In this document: positions 1 through 8,172 of the stretch, piece after piece
Layout: each line of letters opens with the position of its first letter
How positions within the stretch are numbered: the first letter of the stretch is position 1
Origin: Acidobacteriota bacterium
GTDB lineage: Bacteria; Acidobacteriota; UBA4820; DSQY01
Reading direction: 5' to 3'
DNA: 12,800 bases
NCBI GenBank assembly: GCA_049967655.1
Contig: JBMFSH010000060.1
Location: 1 to 12,800, forward strand
Program-made: the position numbers and the translations under genes
The notes under the pieces: generated by a model
What the model was told of the DNA's origin: nothing
Seen by the model: only the letters and a program-made list of their open reading frames with translations
Database searches by the model: none

Positions 1-402
1 GATGGCTACCGCGATGCAGCCCGGCCCCGCAGTGACCGGCAGGGTCAGGGGGAAGAAGGCCATCTGCTCGAAGCGCTTGGCATCCATCTCCTGGGCGGAG
101 ACGGTCCTGTCCTCCTTCTCATTTAGCATGCCCCAGGCCGTGTAGAAGACCACCAGGCCCCCGGCGATCTCCACGTCGGCGATCTGGATGCCGAAGAAAC
201 GGATGATGACGCCGCCCAAGAGGATCGAGAGCACGAGCAGGATGTAGGCGTAGAGGGAGACTCGCCGGGCCATGGCGTGCCGGTTGGAGGGAGGCGCGGA
301 GGAGGTCATGGCGAGGAAGATGGGGGCCGTGCCCACGGGGTTAACGATGGGAAAGAGGGCCATGAAGGCGTAGACCGCCATCGAGATGAAGTCCTTCCAC
401 AT
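1..402 (-). CDS. MarC family integral membrane protein (5' part; runs off the window start)
   Basis: Not in the ORF track. My translation from ATG 402 gives MWKDFISMAVYAFMALFPIVNPVGTAPIFLAMT...FFGIQIADVEIAGGLVV...MAFFPLTLPVTAGPGCIAVAI, with the MarC motifs 'NPxG', 'AGG' and 'PLxxPxxAGPG'. GGAG RBS at 407-410 (minus). Confidence 0.92.
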   Translation of the reverse strand, partial: MWKDFISMAVYAFMALFPIVNPVGTAPIFLAMTSSAPPSNRHAMARRVSLYAYILLVLSILLGGVIIRFFGIQIADVEIAGGLVVFYTAWGMLNEKEDRTVSAQEMDAKRFEQMAFFPLTLPVTAGPGCIAVAI

Positions 403-516
403 GGTGCTCCTCCGGACGGGCGCGCGTGGTTCGCCCACAAGGATTGTACACGGGAGCGCTTCGCCGGAGCGAGGAAGGTGCGATGCGAGAACGGTGGGTC
501 CCTTGCGAACAAGTCC

Positions 517-1668
517 TTACGGGCCCAGGGCGGGAGCCTTGAAGGCCGTATCGGCGGCGGAGGGGGGCGGAGCGGGCTCACCCAGCCGGCGGTCGAGGAA
601 GTGGACGATCCGTCGGGTGGTCACGTTCAGCCCGAGAAAGGTCATGGAGAGGAAGGAGCTCTTGTGGCCGTAGGCGATGGTAATGCGCTCGGGGCGGCCC
701 ATGGCCTCCCAGAGCGCCTCGCGCGAGGTGGGGGGGATGCAGCCGTCGCGGCGCGCGTCGATGTACAGAACGGTGGCCGGGTCTATGTGGCCGGCGACGT
801 ACAGGGGGTCAATGGAAGCCAACCCCTCCTCGACCCTCTCGGCATACTCCTCGCGGCTCCAGCCGAAGCGCGCCATGGCCGCGTCGCGGACGAGCCGCTC
901 TCTCCCGTAGCAGGAGGCGAGCACTTCGCCCAGTTCGCCGCCGCCCATGGCCAGGACCACCGCCGCGTATCGAGGATCCCTCCCTGCGATGAGGCTGGCC
1001 ACGATGGCGCCGATGGAGAACCCCACGATTCCCATGCGGGCCTGGTCCGTATCGGGCCTCTGCCGCGCCCACTCCACTAGGGCAGCCACACGATCCGCCG
1101 TGGCGTTCACCTCGCCGGCGGCGAGGGTGAGCGCCCGCGAAAAGGCTTCCGGCGTGCGCGCCTCGAGAAGACCTCTGAAGTGGAGGATCCGCCCGCTGTT
1201 GGTCACCCAGAGGATGTTTGTGCTCGCGCCGTGCCGGCCCTTCAGCAGCCAGCGGATGGTCTTTTTCGGCGGATAGTCGGAAGCGCCCCAGATGGGCAGG
1301 ACCACCACCCAGCGTTTGTCCCCGGGCCGAAGGGAGACGTAGGCGGTAGCCTCGGGCTGGTCATCGAAGCACGGGGTGCGCAACGAAGCGTCGTACAGAT
1401 TCAGAACCTTGTGGCCCCAGGTGGTATCTCCGTTTTCCGCGGCCAAGACGCCGGCCGCCGCCGAAAGCCCGCACCTCTGGACGTCAGGGCCGCGCACGGC
1501 CGCAGAGCCGTCCGGCCGGTAGGCGATGCGGGTTTGGCTCAGGCAGCCGCACACCAGGAACAGCGCCGGAAGCAGCAAGAGCGAGAGGCGGAGGGTGCTT
1601 GCCAGGTGCGGACGGAGGTGGTTGTAGCTCGGGCGGCTTTTTATCGCGTGGCTCCTCTGGGCCGGCAT
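517..1668 (-). CDS. Alpha/beta-hydrolase fold protein, probably secreted or lipoprotein
   Basis: Nucleophile elbow GIVGFSIGA (GxSxG), candidate Asp in DARRDGCIP and His in YGHKS. Hydrophobic N-terminal segment ending LFLVCGC (lipobox-like). ATG 1668 preferred over the track's TTG start at 1677. Confidence 0.8.
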   Translation of the reverse strand: MPAQRSHAIKSRPSYNHLRPHLASTLRLSLLLLPALFLVCGCLSQTRIAYRPDGSAAVRGPDVQRCGLSAAAGVLAAENGDTTWGHKVLNLYDASLRTPCFDDQPEATAYVSLRPGDKRWVVVLPIWGASDYPPKKTIRWLLKGRHGASTNILWVTNSGRILHFRGLLEARTPEAFSRALTLAAGEVNATADRVAALVEWARQRPDTDQARMGIVGFSIGAIVASLIAGRDPRYAAVVLAMGGGELGEVLASCYGRERLVRDAAMARFGWSREEYAERVEEGLASIDPLYVAGHIDPATVLYIDARRDGCIPPTSREALWEAMGRPERITIAYGHKSSFLSMTFLGLNVTTRRIVHFLDRRLGEPAPPPSAADTAFKAPALGP

Positions 1669-1675
1669 GGATGAC

Positions 1676-1704
1676 AAAGTACATCAAGACAGGCCGGCCA
1701 TAAA
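1676..1704 (-). promoter_or_regulatory. Candidate sigma70 promoter for the hydrolase (leaderless)
   Basis: TTTATG (1704-1699), 17 nt, TACTTT (1681-1676), then 7 nt to ATG 1668. No SD. The -35 match is weak. Confidence 0.35.
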
Positions 1705-1713
1705 GGTGGGTGG

Positions 1714-1983
1714 GGAGGCCCCAATCTCGCGATGAAGGAGGGGAATAGCCATGGAAGGTGTGACAGGACACGCCCAGTAGGAAAAGGTGTCGCACCCATG
1801 AGGGATTGGGGACCATCGAGCCGAAGGCGAAGAGGGCCCCAAGGGAGAGGTGGGGCCCCATCGGGCTTTGCCCGTGGAGCGGGGAGGGAATGGCCCTCGC
1901 CGTCCAGGAGACAACGCCTTTCTCCCGTGAACCCGTGCGGTAGCCGGAGGCACCCGCGTTCCCATCGCGGAATTTGGGATTCC
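1714..1983. mobile_element. Putative MITE/REPIN-like non-coding element (~270 bp) with imperfect 22-bp terminal inverted repeats
   Basis: Left end GGAGGCCCCAATCTCGCGATGA (1714-1735) matches the reverse complement of 1962-1983, GGAATCCCAAATTCCGCGATGG, at 16/22. Bases 1719-1795 recur at 12724-12800. Several internal hairpins. Near-direct repeat GGTGGGTG (1705-1712) / GGTGCGTG (1986-1993) in the flanks. Confidence 0.5.
1719..1811. repeat. Dispersed repeat copy 1 (93-bp self-complementary unit)
   Basis: CCCCAATC...GATTGGGG closing stem with an inner stem GGTGTGACA/TGTCGCACC. The first 77 nt align ungapped with 12724-12800 at 64/77 identity. Confidence 0.85.
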
Positions 1984-2013
1984 TCGGTGCGTGAGGCGGT
2001 GGGCGCATGGGCG

Positions 2014-2022
2014 TGCTAGACT
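2014..2022 (+). promoter_or_regulatory. Extended -10 element for the RNase H gene
   Basis: TGcTAGACT, followed by SD GGGGAGG (2034-2040) and ATG 2046. Confidence 0.5.
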
Positions 2023-2045
2023 TCAGGGCCTTCGGGGAGGACGCG

Positions 2046-2684
2046 ATGGGTGGCAGGACCGTCAAAAAGTTTTACGCCTTCGACGTGGACGGCGAGCGGG
2101 GGATCGTCACCTCCTGGCCGCAGTGCGAATCGAAGGTGCGGGGGCGGAGGGCACGCTACCGGGGCTTCGCAACGCGCGCCGAGGCGGAGGCCTGGCTCGG
2201 CGCGGGCGCCCCCTACGAGCACAAGGAGCAGTGCGCGGCAGGGGAGCGCTCGGCGCTTCCAGCTCAGGCGGTTTTCTTTGATTCGGGGACGGGGCGTGGC
2301 GAGGGGGTGGAGGTGAATGTCACCGACAGGGAGGGCCTTCCCCTCCTCCACCTGGTGATGCCCGCGGAGAGCCTGACGCCCCGAGGCACGGCGTTCATGC
2401 CCGAGGGAGCGACGAACAACTACGGCGAGCTGATGGGCTGCTTCTATGCAATCCGTGTGGCGAGGGCCCTCGGCGTGAAGCTGGTGTGCGGGGACAGCGC
2501 CCTCGTTCTGGATTACTGGTCGAAAGGCCACGTCAGCCAAGAAAAGAGGGCCGAGGATCCCGAGCTCGCCCGCGCCGCCGAAGCCGTGGCGGTCGAGCGC
2601 GAGGCCTTCGAGTCGGAAGGCGGACGGCTCCAGCACGTGCGGGGGCGGGTGAACCCGGCCGATCTGGGCTTTCACCGGGAGTAG
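2046..2684 (+). CDS. rnhA: Ribonuclease HI with N-terminal hybrid-binding (viroplasmin-like) domain
   Basis: N-terminus KKFYAF...GIVTSWPQCESKVRGRRARYRGFATRAEAEAWL fits the RNase H1 hybrid-binding domain. Acidic catalytic candidates: FFDSG, TNNYGEL, GDSALV, NPADLG. Start moved to ATG 2046 because of the SD and extended -10. Confidence 0.85.
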   Translation: MGGRTVKKFYAFDVDGERGIVTSWPQCESKVRGRRARYRGFATRAEAEAWLGAGAPYEHKEQCAAGERSALPAQAVFFDSGTGRGEGVEVNVTDREGLPLLHLVMPAESLTPRGTAFMPEGATNNYGELMGCFYAIRVARALGVKLVCGDSALVLDYWSKGHVSQEKRAEDPELARAAEAVAVEREAFESEGGRLQHVRGRVNPADLGFHRE

Positions 2685-2917
2685 GCGCCGGAGCGCCATG
2701 CGCGCCGCGGACGCCACGCCGCGCCCCTCACCCGCCGTCTTACGCCTCGCCTGGTCTTCACTCGGCGGCGCCGCCGACAGTTCCTCGCTGAGCCCTTCCC
2801 TCTCTCCGGGCCCGGCAGAGACAAGGTGTTATGGCCCTTCGGCGGAACGATCGCCCTAAGAGGATTTTTAGCGTGTAAGAGTGTGCGAGGGTCGGATGGT
2901 GCATGAGCCCCGGGAGG

Positions 2918-3268
2918 CTAGCCGTGCGAGAGGACGGTCCCCTCACTGCCGAACAGGCGTTCGAGGATGGCCCGGTCATGGGTGCCCAGGGAGCCAAATT
3001 CGACCCCGATTTCAAAGGTGCCGTCCTCCCGCGACGATTCGTAGACCACCCGCCCGACGGCCCTGATCACCTGGCCGTGCACGTGCATGAGGAGTTCGAT
3101 GACCGAACCCTCCCCCATGGGTTCGCTGTTCACGAAGGAGCAGCCTCCCGGGCTGAGGGTGCGGGTCTTGGCGAACCCCTCGTGGTCCTCGGGGCCGAGT
3201 CTCTTCACGAGAATGGCGTTTGCCGAGCGGATCCGCGGGAACCGCCTCGTAGGATAGCTCATGGGCAT
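2918..3268 (-). CDS. Stand-alone PilZ domain protein
   Basis: RxxxR motif (RRFPR), TLSPGG at the [D/N]xSxxG position, then 'GRVVY...IGVEF'. SD GGGAGGGA just upstream of ATG 3268 (alternative ATG 3262). Confidence 0.85.
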   Translation of the reverse strand: MPMSYPTRRFPRIRSANAILVKRLGPEDHEGFAKTRTLSPGGCSFVNSEPMGEGSVIELLMHVHGQVIRAVGRVVYESSREDGTFEIGVEFGSLGTHDRAILERLFGSEGTVLSHG

Positions 3269-3299
3269 CGCGTCCCTCCCTGACCTCTCATCTGGAACC

Positions 3300-3329
3300 A
3301 ATGTACAGGCCGGAGCCGGGCAAATTCAA
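3300..3329 (-). promoter_or_regulatory. Candidate sigma70 promoter for the PilZ gene
   Basis: TTGAAT (3329-3324), 18 nt, TACATT (3305-3300). Confidence 0.45.
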
Positions 3330-3499
3330 GCCGGCGCCCCTCCGAGCGGTCCATTCGAGGCTGGGCCGAGGGGCGCGGAGGCCGCCCGGCGGCGGGCGCA
3401 TGGGCGCCAGGCGGGGGAATCGGCCCGCGTTTCGAAATCGGTACCCATTCGCAAAATGGCCTTCAGAAGTGTTCTCCATACTCTGGATCTCGATCTCAT
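3326..3499 (-). CDS. Possible 57-aa small ORF (MRSRSRVWRTLLKAILRMG...)
   Basis: ATG 3499 is preceded by a strong SD-like GGTGGAGGGGGAGGT. Basic, amphipathic N-terminus. No family recognised. Confidence 0.25.
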   Translation of the reverse strand: MRSRSRVWRTLLKAILRMGTDFETRADSPAWRPCARRRAASAPLGPASNGPLGGAPA

Positions 3500-3686
3500 A
3501 CCTCCCCCTCCACCGAGGGCCGTCAGCGCGACGGCCCTCCTCCCTTCTGGGTTCCCAGCCGGAAAGCGCGGAGGGGAACGGTGGAGGGCTGAGGGTGGAG
3601 CGTGGAGTGCCCGCCCGCCCATGAACTTGCGTGGATAAAGTTCCTCCCCTCCACCCTTCACCAGCGGGCACGCGCTGGATCGGACA

Positions 3687-5156
<1,470 letters not shown>

Positions 5157-5163
5157 GCGGACG

Positions 5164-5192
5164 AGAATAGCCGATCAGAGCCGGGGCCGCAA
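5164..5192 (-). promoter_or_regulatory. Candidate sigma70 promoter for the permease (leaderless)
   Basis: TTGCGG (5192-5187), 17 nt, TATTCT (5169-5164), then 7 nt to ATG 5156. No SD. Confidence 0.55.
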
Positions 5193-5200
5193 GGTGTGGG

Positions 5201-5222
5201 GATAACCCCGATTCCGCGATCG
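5201..5222. repeat. Degenerate copy of the 22-bp CCCCRATYCCGCGAT motif
   Basis: GATAACCCCGATTCCGCGATCG, 16/22 to both the 12719-12740 copy and the reverse complement of 1962-1983. Confidence 0.5.
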
Positions 5223-5517
5223 CCGGCGAGGCGTACGTTAAGACGCGCACCTGGCGCGAGGTGCCGATCACGCGAGCAACCCCAGCAGAACCACCGCGCC
5301 CGCAACGTCCAGCCCCTCCACCCGGACGCCATTGGGCAACGCCACGCAGGCCCCGGGCGCCGGGGCCGGCCCTGCGCCGAGACCGATGGCCTCCCCGAAG
5401 CCCCCCCGGATACGTCCCGGCCAGCCGGACCTCCCGGAACAGACCGTGGCCCGCTTCGCCGAACCCCCGCAGCCCCTCACGAAATGCCCAGGACCCAATG
5501 GGCGGACGGGCTATGTC

Positions 5518-5563
5518 TAGGTATTGTATCCCCGGAAATAAATATGGTGTGCCCGCGGAAATA
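5518..5563 (+). repeat. Two tandem RAYT-associated REP-like repeats
   Basis: TAGGTATTGTATCCCCGGAAATA (5518-5540) and TAAATATGGTGTGCCCGCGGAAATA (5539-5563). The first shares TAGGTATTGT.TCC with the reverse complement of 6247-6260. Confidence 0.6.
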
Positions 5564-5653
5564 AGGGCGCCGCCCCTGGAGACGGCTGGCGGAGTACCCC
5601 TGCACGCCTCCGGGGGGGCGGCGCCCCGTGATCGTAATTGGGCTAGGAAACGT

Positions 5654-6220
5654 TTACTTCTTGGCGCTCCCGGCGATGGCCTTTTCCACTAGGTCTCTGG
5701 GAAGAGATCCAGCGCTCAATAGGGCTTTTCGCGCGGTGCCGCCCGCTTCGCTCCCAATGTTGTCGGCCGCCTGAATCACGCCTACCACGGCAGAACCGAC
5801 CGCCTTGGATGCATCGGCGCCGACCTTCCCAGCCGCGTTGACCGCACCTTCGACCGCGGCGACGCTGGTCTTTGCGATGTCGCCCCCCACGTCCGCAGCA
5901 CCGCTCACAGCTCCGCGCGCTGCGTTACGCACTGCAGTGTAAATATCGACGCCGGTGGCCGAAGCCCCCTCTATGGCAGCGTGGACGGTGGTCTTTACCG
6001 CGTCGGTCGTGGAGACCACCAAGGTGGCGGCAGCCTTGACGCCGCCCGCAGCGGTCCCGGCGATGGCGTCCTCCGCCGAAACGCCGATGGTGCTGGCGTC
6101 TTTCAGTGCACCCGTCGCCTGATTTTTCACGGCCGTCCGAAGGGCCGTGGTGACGTCGTCGGCACCCTTCACCGCCGCGACAATCGCACCCTTCACCTCA
6201 TTAATGATTCGATCCAGCAT
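5654..6220 (-). CDS. Hypothetical Ala/Gly/Val-rich protein built from seven 22-aa repeats (188 aa)
   Basis: Strong SD GAAAGGAGG upstream of ATG 6220 (MLDRIINEVKG...). Clear 22-residue periodicity. The track's upstream extension to 6547 is an off-frame read of the transposase remnant. Confidence 0.8.
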   Translation of the reverse strand: MLDRIINEVKGAIVAAVKGADDVTTALRTAVKNQATGALKDASTIGVSAEDAIAGTAAGGVKAAATLVVSTTDAVKTTVHAAIEGASATGVDIYTAVRNAARGAVSGAADVGGDIAKTSVAAVEGAVNAAGKVGADASKAVGSAVVGVIQAADNIGSEAGGTARKALLSAGSLPRDLVEKAIAGSAKK

Positions 6221-6239
6221 GGTTGCGCCTCCTTTCAGG

Positions 6240-6264
6240 AATTGGCGGACACAATACCTAATTA
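6240..6264 (-). repeat. Inverted repeat at the 3' end of the RAYT remnant
   Basis: Reverse complement of 6241-6258 is GGTATTGTGTCCGCCAAT, 17/18 identical to 6720-6737. It overlaps the RAYT stop codon. Confidence 0.8.
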
Positions 6265-6672
6265 CTCCTCTGCCTTCTTCTTCCTTCCCGGTTTCTGCGG
6301 CTTGAGGGTTCGGCCGAGCCGTCCTTCGAGCCCCTGGATGAATCGATTGGAGCCCAGCGGGCGACCTGTCCTCGCGCGGCGGCGGATCGCCTCGGCCACC
6401 ACCTCCGCAAGACCGCCCTTCTGAAGAGAAGCCCACTCCCGAGGGCTGCCGAGGGGTTTTGGCGATCGGATGATCGCCCCATACTCCCCTCTCAGGCGCG
6501 CACCAGAGCAGTACGCCCATACCTCGAGCCCCTCCTGCACGCACCATTCAAACAGCAGATCCAAGTACGCCTGGTAGTCCTCATCGTTGAAGAAGACCCG
6601 CTGCCTTCGGTTCCCCCCCTGCGTCACGTGATGCGGATATCCCTGCGCCACCACCCGAGCGATCCCAGCCAT
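6262..6672 (-). pseudogene. REP-associated-type tyrosine (HUH/Y1, IS200-like) transposase with an in-frame internal deletion
   Basis: N-terminus MAGIARVVAQGYPHHVTQGGNRRQRVFFNDEDYQAYLDLL...LEVWAYC and C-terminus IRRRARTGRPLGSNRFIQGLEGRLGRTLKPQKPGRKKK are typical of this family. The expected 'LMxNHxH' HUH motif after WAYC and the catalytic-Tyr segment are missing; only 136 aa remain. Confidence 0.85.
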
Positions 6673-6678
6673 GGCCTT

Positions 6679-6708
6679 ATCATATGGGCTCCCGAATCGC
6701 TTCGTCAA
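6679..6708 (-). promoter_or_regulatory. Candidate sigma70 promoter for the RAYT remnant (leaderless)
   Basis: TTGACG (6708-6703), 18 nt, TATGAT (6684-6679), then 6 nt to ATG 6672. Confidence 0.6.
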
Positions 6709-6712
6709 GATA

Positions 6713-6737
6713 TAATTTGGGTATTGTGTCCCCCAAT
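6713..6737 (+). repeat. Inverted repeat upstream of the RAYT remnant
   Basis: TAATTTGGGTATTGTGTCCCCCAAT, inverted partner of 6240-6264. Confidence 0.8.
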
Positions 6738-6882
6738 GTACCGGCGGTCCGGATTGGTGACCATGGGGCGAGGCCCCTCAACGACCCATACTGCTATCGG
6801 GAAAGCTCCATCACGGAATTCGGGACGCAGGCCCCTTGCGGAGGGAATGGGGCACGGCCGAGGCGGAGTGGGGGGTGCGCCG

Positions 6883-7314
6883 TCACTCCTCGCGGGTGGT
6901 TGAGAGGACGGGCTTGATGTCCAGGAGGGGCGTCCCGTCCAGGGCCTCGAGCGGGGTGACGTGGAGGCCCCGGAGCGGATCAACCTCCAGGACGGTGACG
7001 CGGTGCAGGCCGATGGGGTTGGGGCGGTCCGGCGAGCGGGTGGCGAAGACTCCGCACAGCGGCAGGTTCGCGTTCCGCCGCGGGTGGACCTTCAGGGGCT
7101 CGCGGCTGGCCAGGTGAAACCACGTCAGGAGCAGAACCTCGGTGCCGGGGAGGATCCCCTCCAGCCCCTCGCGAAAGGCGGGGCCGATCTCCAGCCAGGC
7201 GTCGGGCGCCCCCTCGCGGCCCTGCCGGGGCGCCTCGTCGCGCGTCTTCAGCGCGGATCGGACGATCCCTATGGGGCGGGCTTCCATGGGCGCGGGCTCC
7301 GCTTCTTTCTTCAT
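6883..7314 (-). CDS. tsaA: tRNA (N6-threonylcarbamoyladenosine(37)-N6)-methyltransferase TrmO/TsaA, short form (143 aa)
   Basis: RPIGIVRS...APRQG, LLTWFH, GVFATRSPDRPNPIGL and LEALDGTPLLDIKP are TsaA signatures. ATG 7314 overlaps the upstream stop (ATGA). Confidence 0.93.
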   Translation of the reverse strand: MKKEAEPAPMEARPIGIVRSALKTRDEAPRQGREGAPDAWLEIGPAFREGLEGILPGTEVLLLTWFHLASREPLKVHPRRNANLPLCGVFATRSPDRPNPIGLHRVTVLEVDPLRGLHVTPLEALDGTPLLDIKPVLSTTREE

Positions 7315-8144
7315 GGGTTCTGGCCCTCGGGTAAGAGCTCGAAGGTGTAGAGGACGCCGAGCTGGGGGTCGGTGTACTGCGGCGGAAAATGGGGAAAGGG
7401 GACGGAGCTGTAGACCGCCCTGAGCACGGACTGGTCGAACTGCGCGATGCCCGAGGGGGAGACGAGCTGAACTCCCTGCACGGTGCCGTTGGCCAGGATC
7501 ATGAAGTGGACCGAGGCTGAAATCGTCTTGGTGTTGTTGAGGACGGGCTTCCTCCAATTGGCCTTGAGGGTGTCCTCCAGCCGCGCCTTGTACCAGGCGT
7601 ACTGGAAGGTCGGCTCGTCGAGGATCAGCCCCTCCGCCTTGCCGCCCAGCCCGGTCTGTCCACCGTGGCCCAGGCCCAGGGCCTTCCCGGGCTTCTCGGA
7701 CTGGACCACCGATGCGCCCTCCTTGGGCGGCGGTGGCACCTTGCCCGGAAGGGTGGTCTTGGGTTTCTCGTGGCGCAAAGGGGGCTCGGTCACCTTGGGG
7801 GGGGGCCTCACCGCGGTCTTGCCGGGGGTGCCCTCGGTCTCCCCGCCCACTCCCTTGGGAAGCTCCATGAGCCTGACCACGACCGGCCCGTTGAAGAGCG
7901 GCTTGCGGGAAGAGGGCACCTGGGTCAGGAGCAGGGCGAAGGCGATGAAGTGGGCAAGGACCGAAAGGATGAGGGCCGCGGGCAGGATGGAATCGGACCT
8001 GCTCCTGAGGGGCCTGAGGTTCGAGAGGATGGGCTGTCTCGGCTGGAGCGGCGGACGCGCGGTGGCCCTGCGGCGGTTGGAGGTCGAGCCGGCGGAGGAA
8101 GGAGGCCTGTCGCCCTTGGAACTTCCCGTTCCCTCCGGTCGCAT
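7311..8144 (-). CDS. TonB/TolA-family energy transducer with C-terminal domain
   Basis: Single TM ILPAALILSVLAHFIAFALLL with the SxxxH motif, a Pro/Lys/Gly-rich linker, and a C-terminal domain 'LKANW...VHFMILANGTV..VQLVSPSG..QFDQSVLRAV...PFP'. SD GGGAGG. Follows exbD/tolR. Confidence 0.85.
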   Translation of the reverse strand: MRPEGTGSSKGDRPPSSAGSTSNRRRATARPPLQPRQPILSNLRPLRSRSDSILPAALILSVLAHFIAFALLLTQVPSSRKPLFNGPVVVRLMELPKGVGGETEGTPGKTAVRPPPKVTEPPLRHEKPKTTLPGKVPPPPKEGASVVQSEKPGKALGLGHGGQTGLGGKAEGLILDEPTFQYAWYKARLEDTLKANWRKPVLNNTKTISASVHFMILANGTVQGVQLVSPSGIAQFDQSVLRAVYSSVPFPHFPPQYTDPQLGVLYTFELLPEGQNP

Positions 8145-8172
8145 GGCACGGCCTCCCGCGAGCTCCGCTCCG

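Noticed and set aside
1751..1780. SD followed by ATG/GTG inside both repeat copies (MEGVTGHAQ* in copy 1)
   Set aside because: Copy 1 stops after 9 codons while copy 2 reads through (TAG vs TGG), and several differences are non-synonymous, so coding is not conserved.
1719..1811. Riboswitch interpretation of the dispersed repeat
   Set aside because: At 12719-12800 the repeat lies upstream of a good -35/-10 promoter, so it is outside the 5' UTR. I recognise no known aptamer motif.
1714..2684. Retron- or DGR-like system (structured RNA beside RNase H)
   Set aside because: No reverse transcriptase in the window, no template/variable repeat pair inside a CDS, and the repeat differences are not adenine-specific.
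2685..2917. Intrinsic terminator or ncRNA between the convergent rnhA and PilZ genes
   Set aside because: Short hairpins are present, but none has a convincing adjacent U-tract or a recognisable motif.
5223..5517. Possible ncRNA or small ORF upstream of the permease
   Set aside because: Only short GC-rich hairpins, no convincing SD-ORF, and no recognisable RNA family.
6221..6547. N-terminal extension of the 297-aa ORF 5654..6547, suggesting a fusion
   Set aside because: It overlaps the RAYT remnant in another frame and reads as low-complexity sequence. The strong SD marks ATG 6220 as the start.
5518..6737. CRISPR array interpretation of the GGTATTGTGTCC repeats
   Set aside because: The copies are few, irregularly spaced and in mixed orientation, with no uniform spacers and no cas genes.
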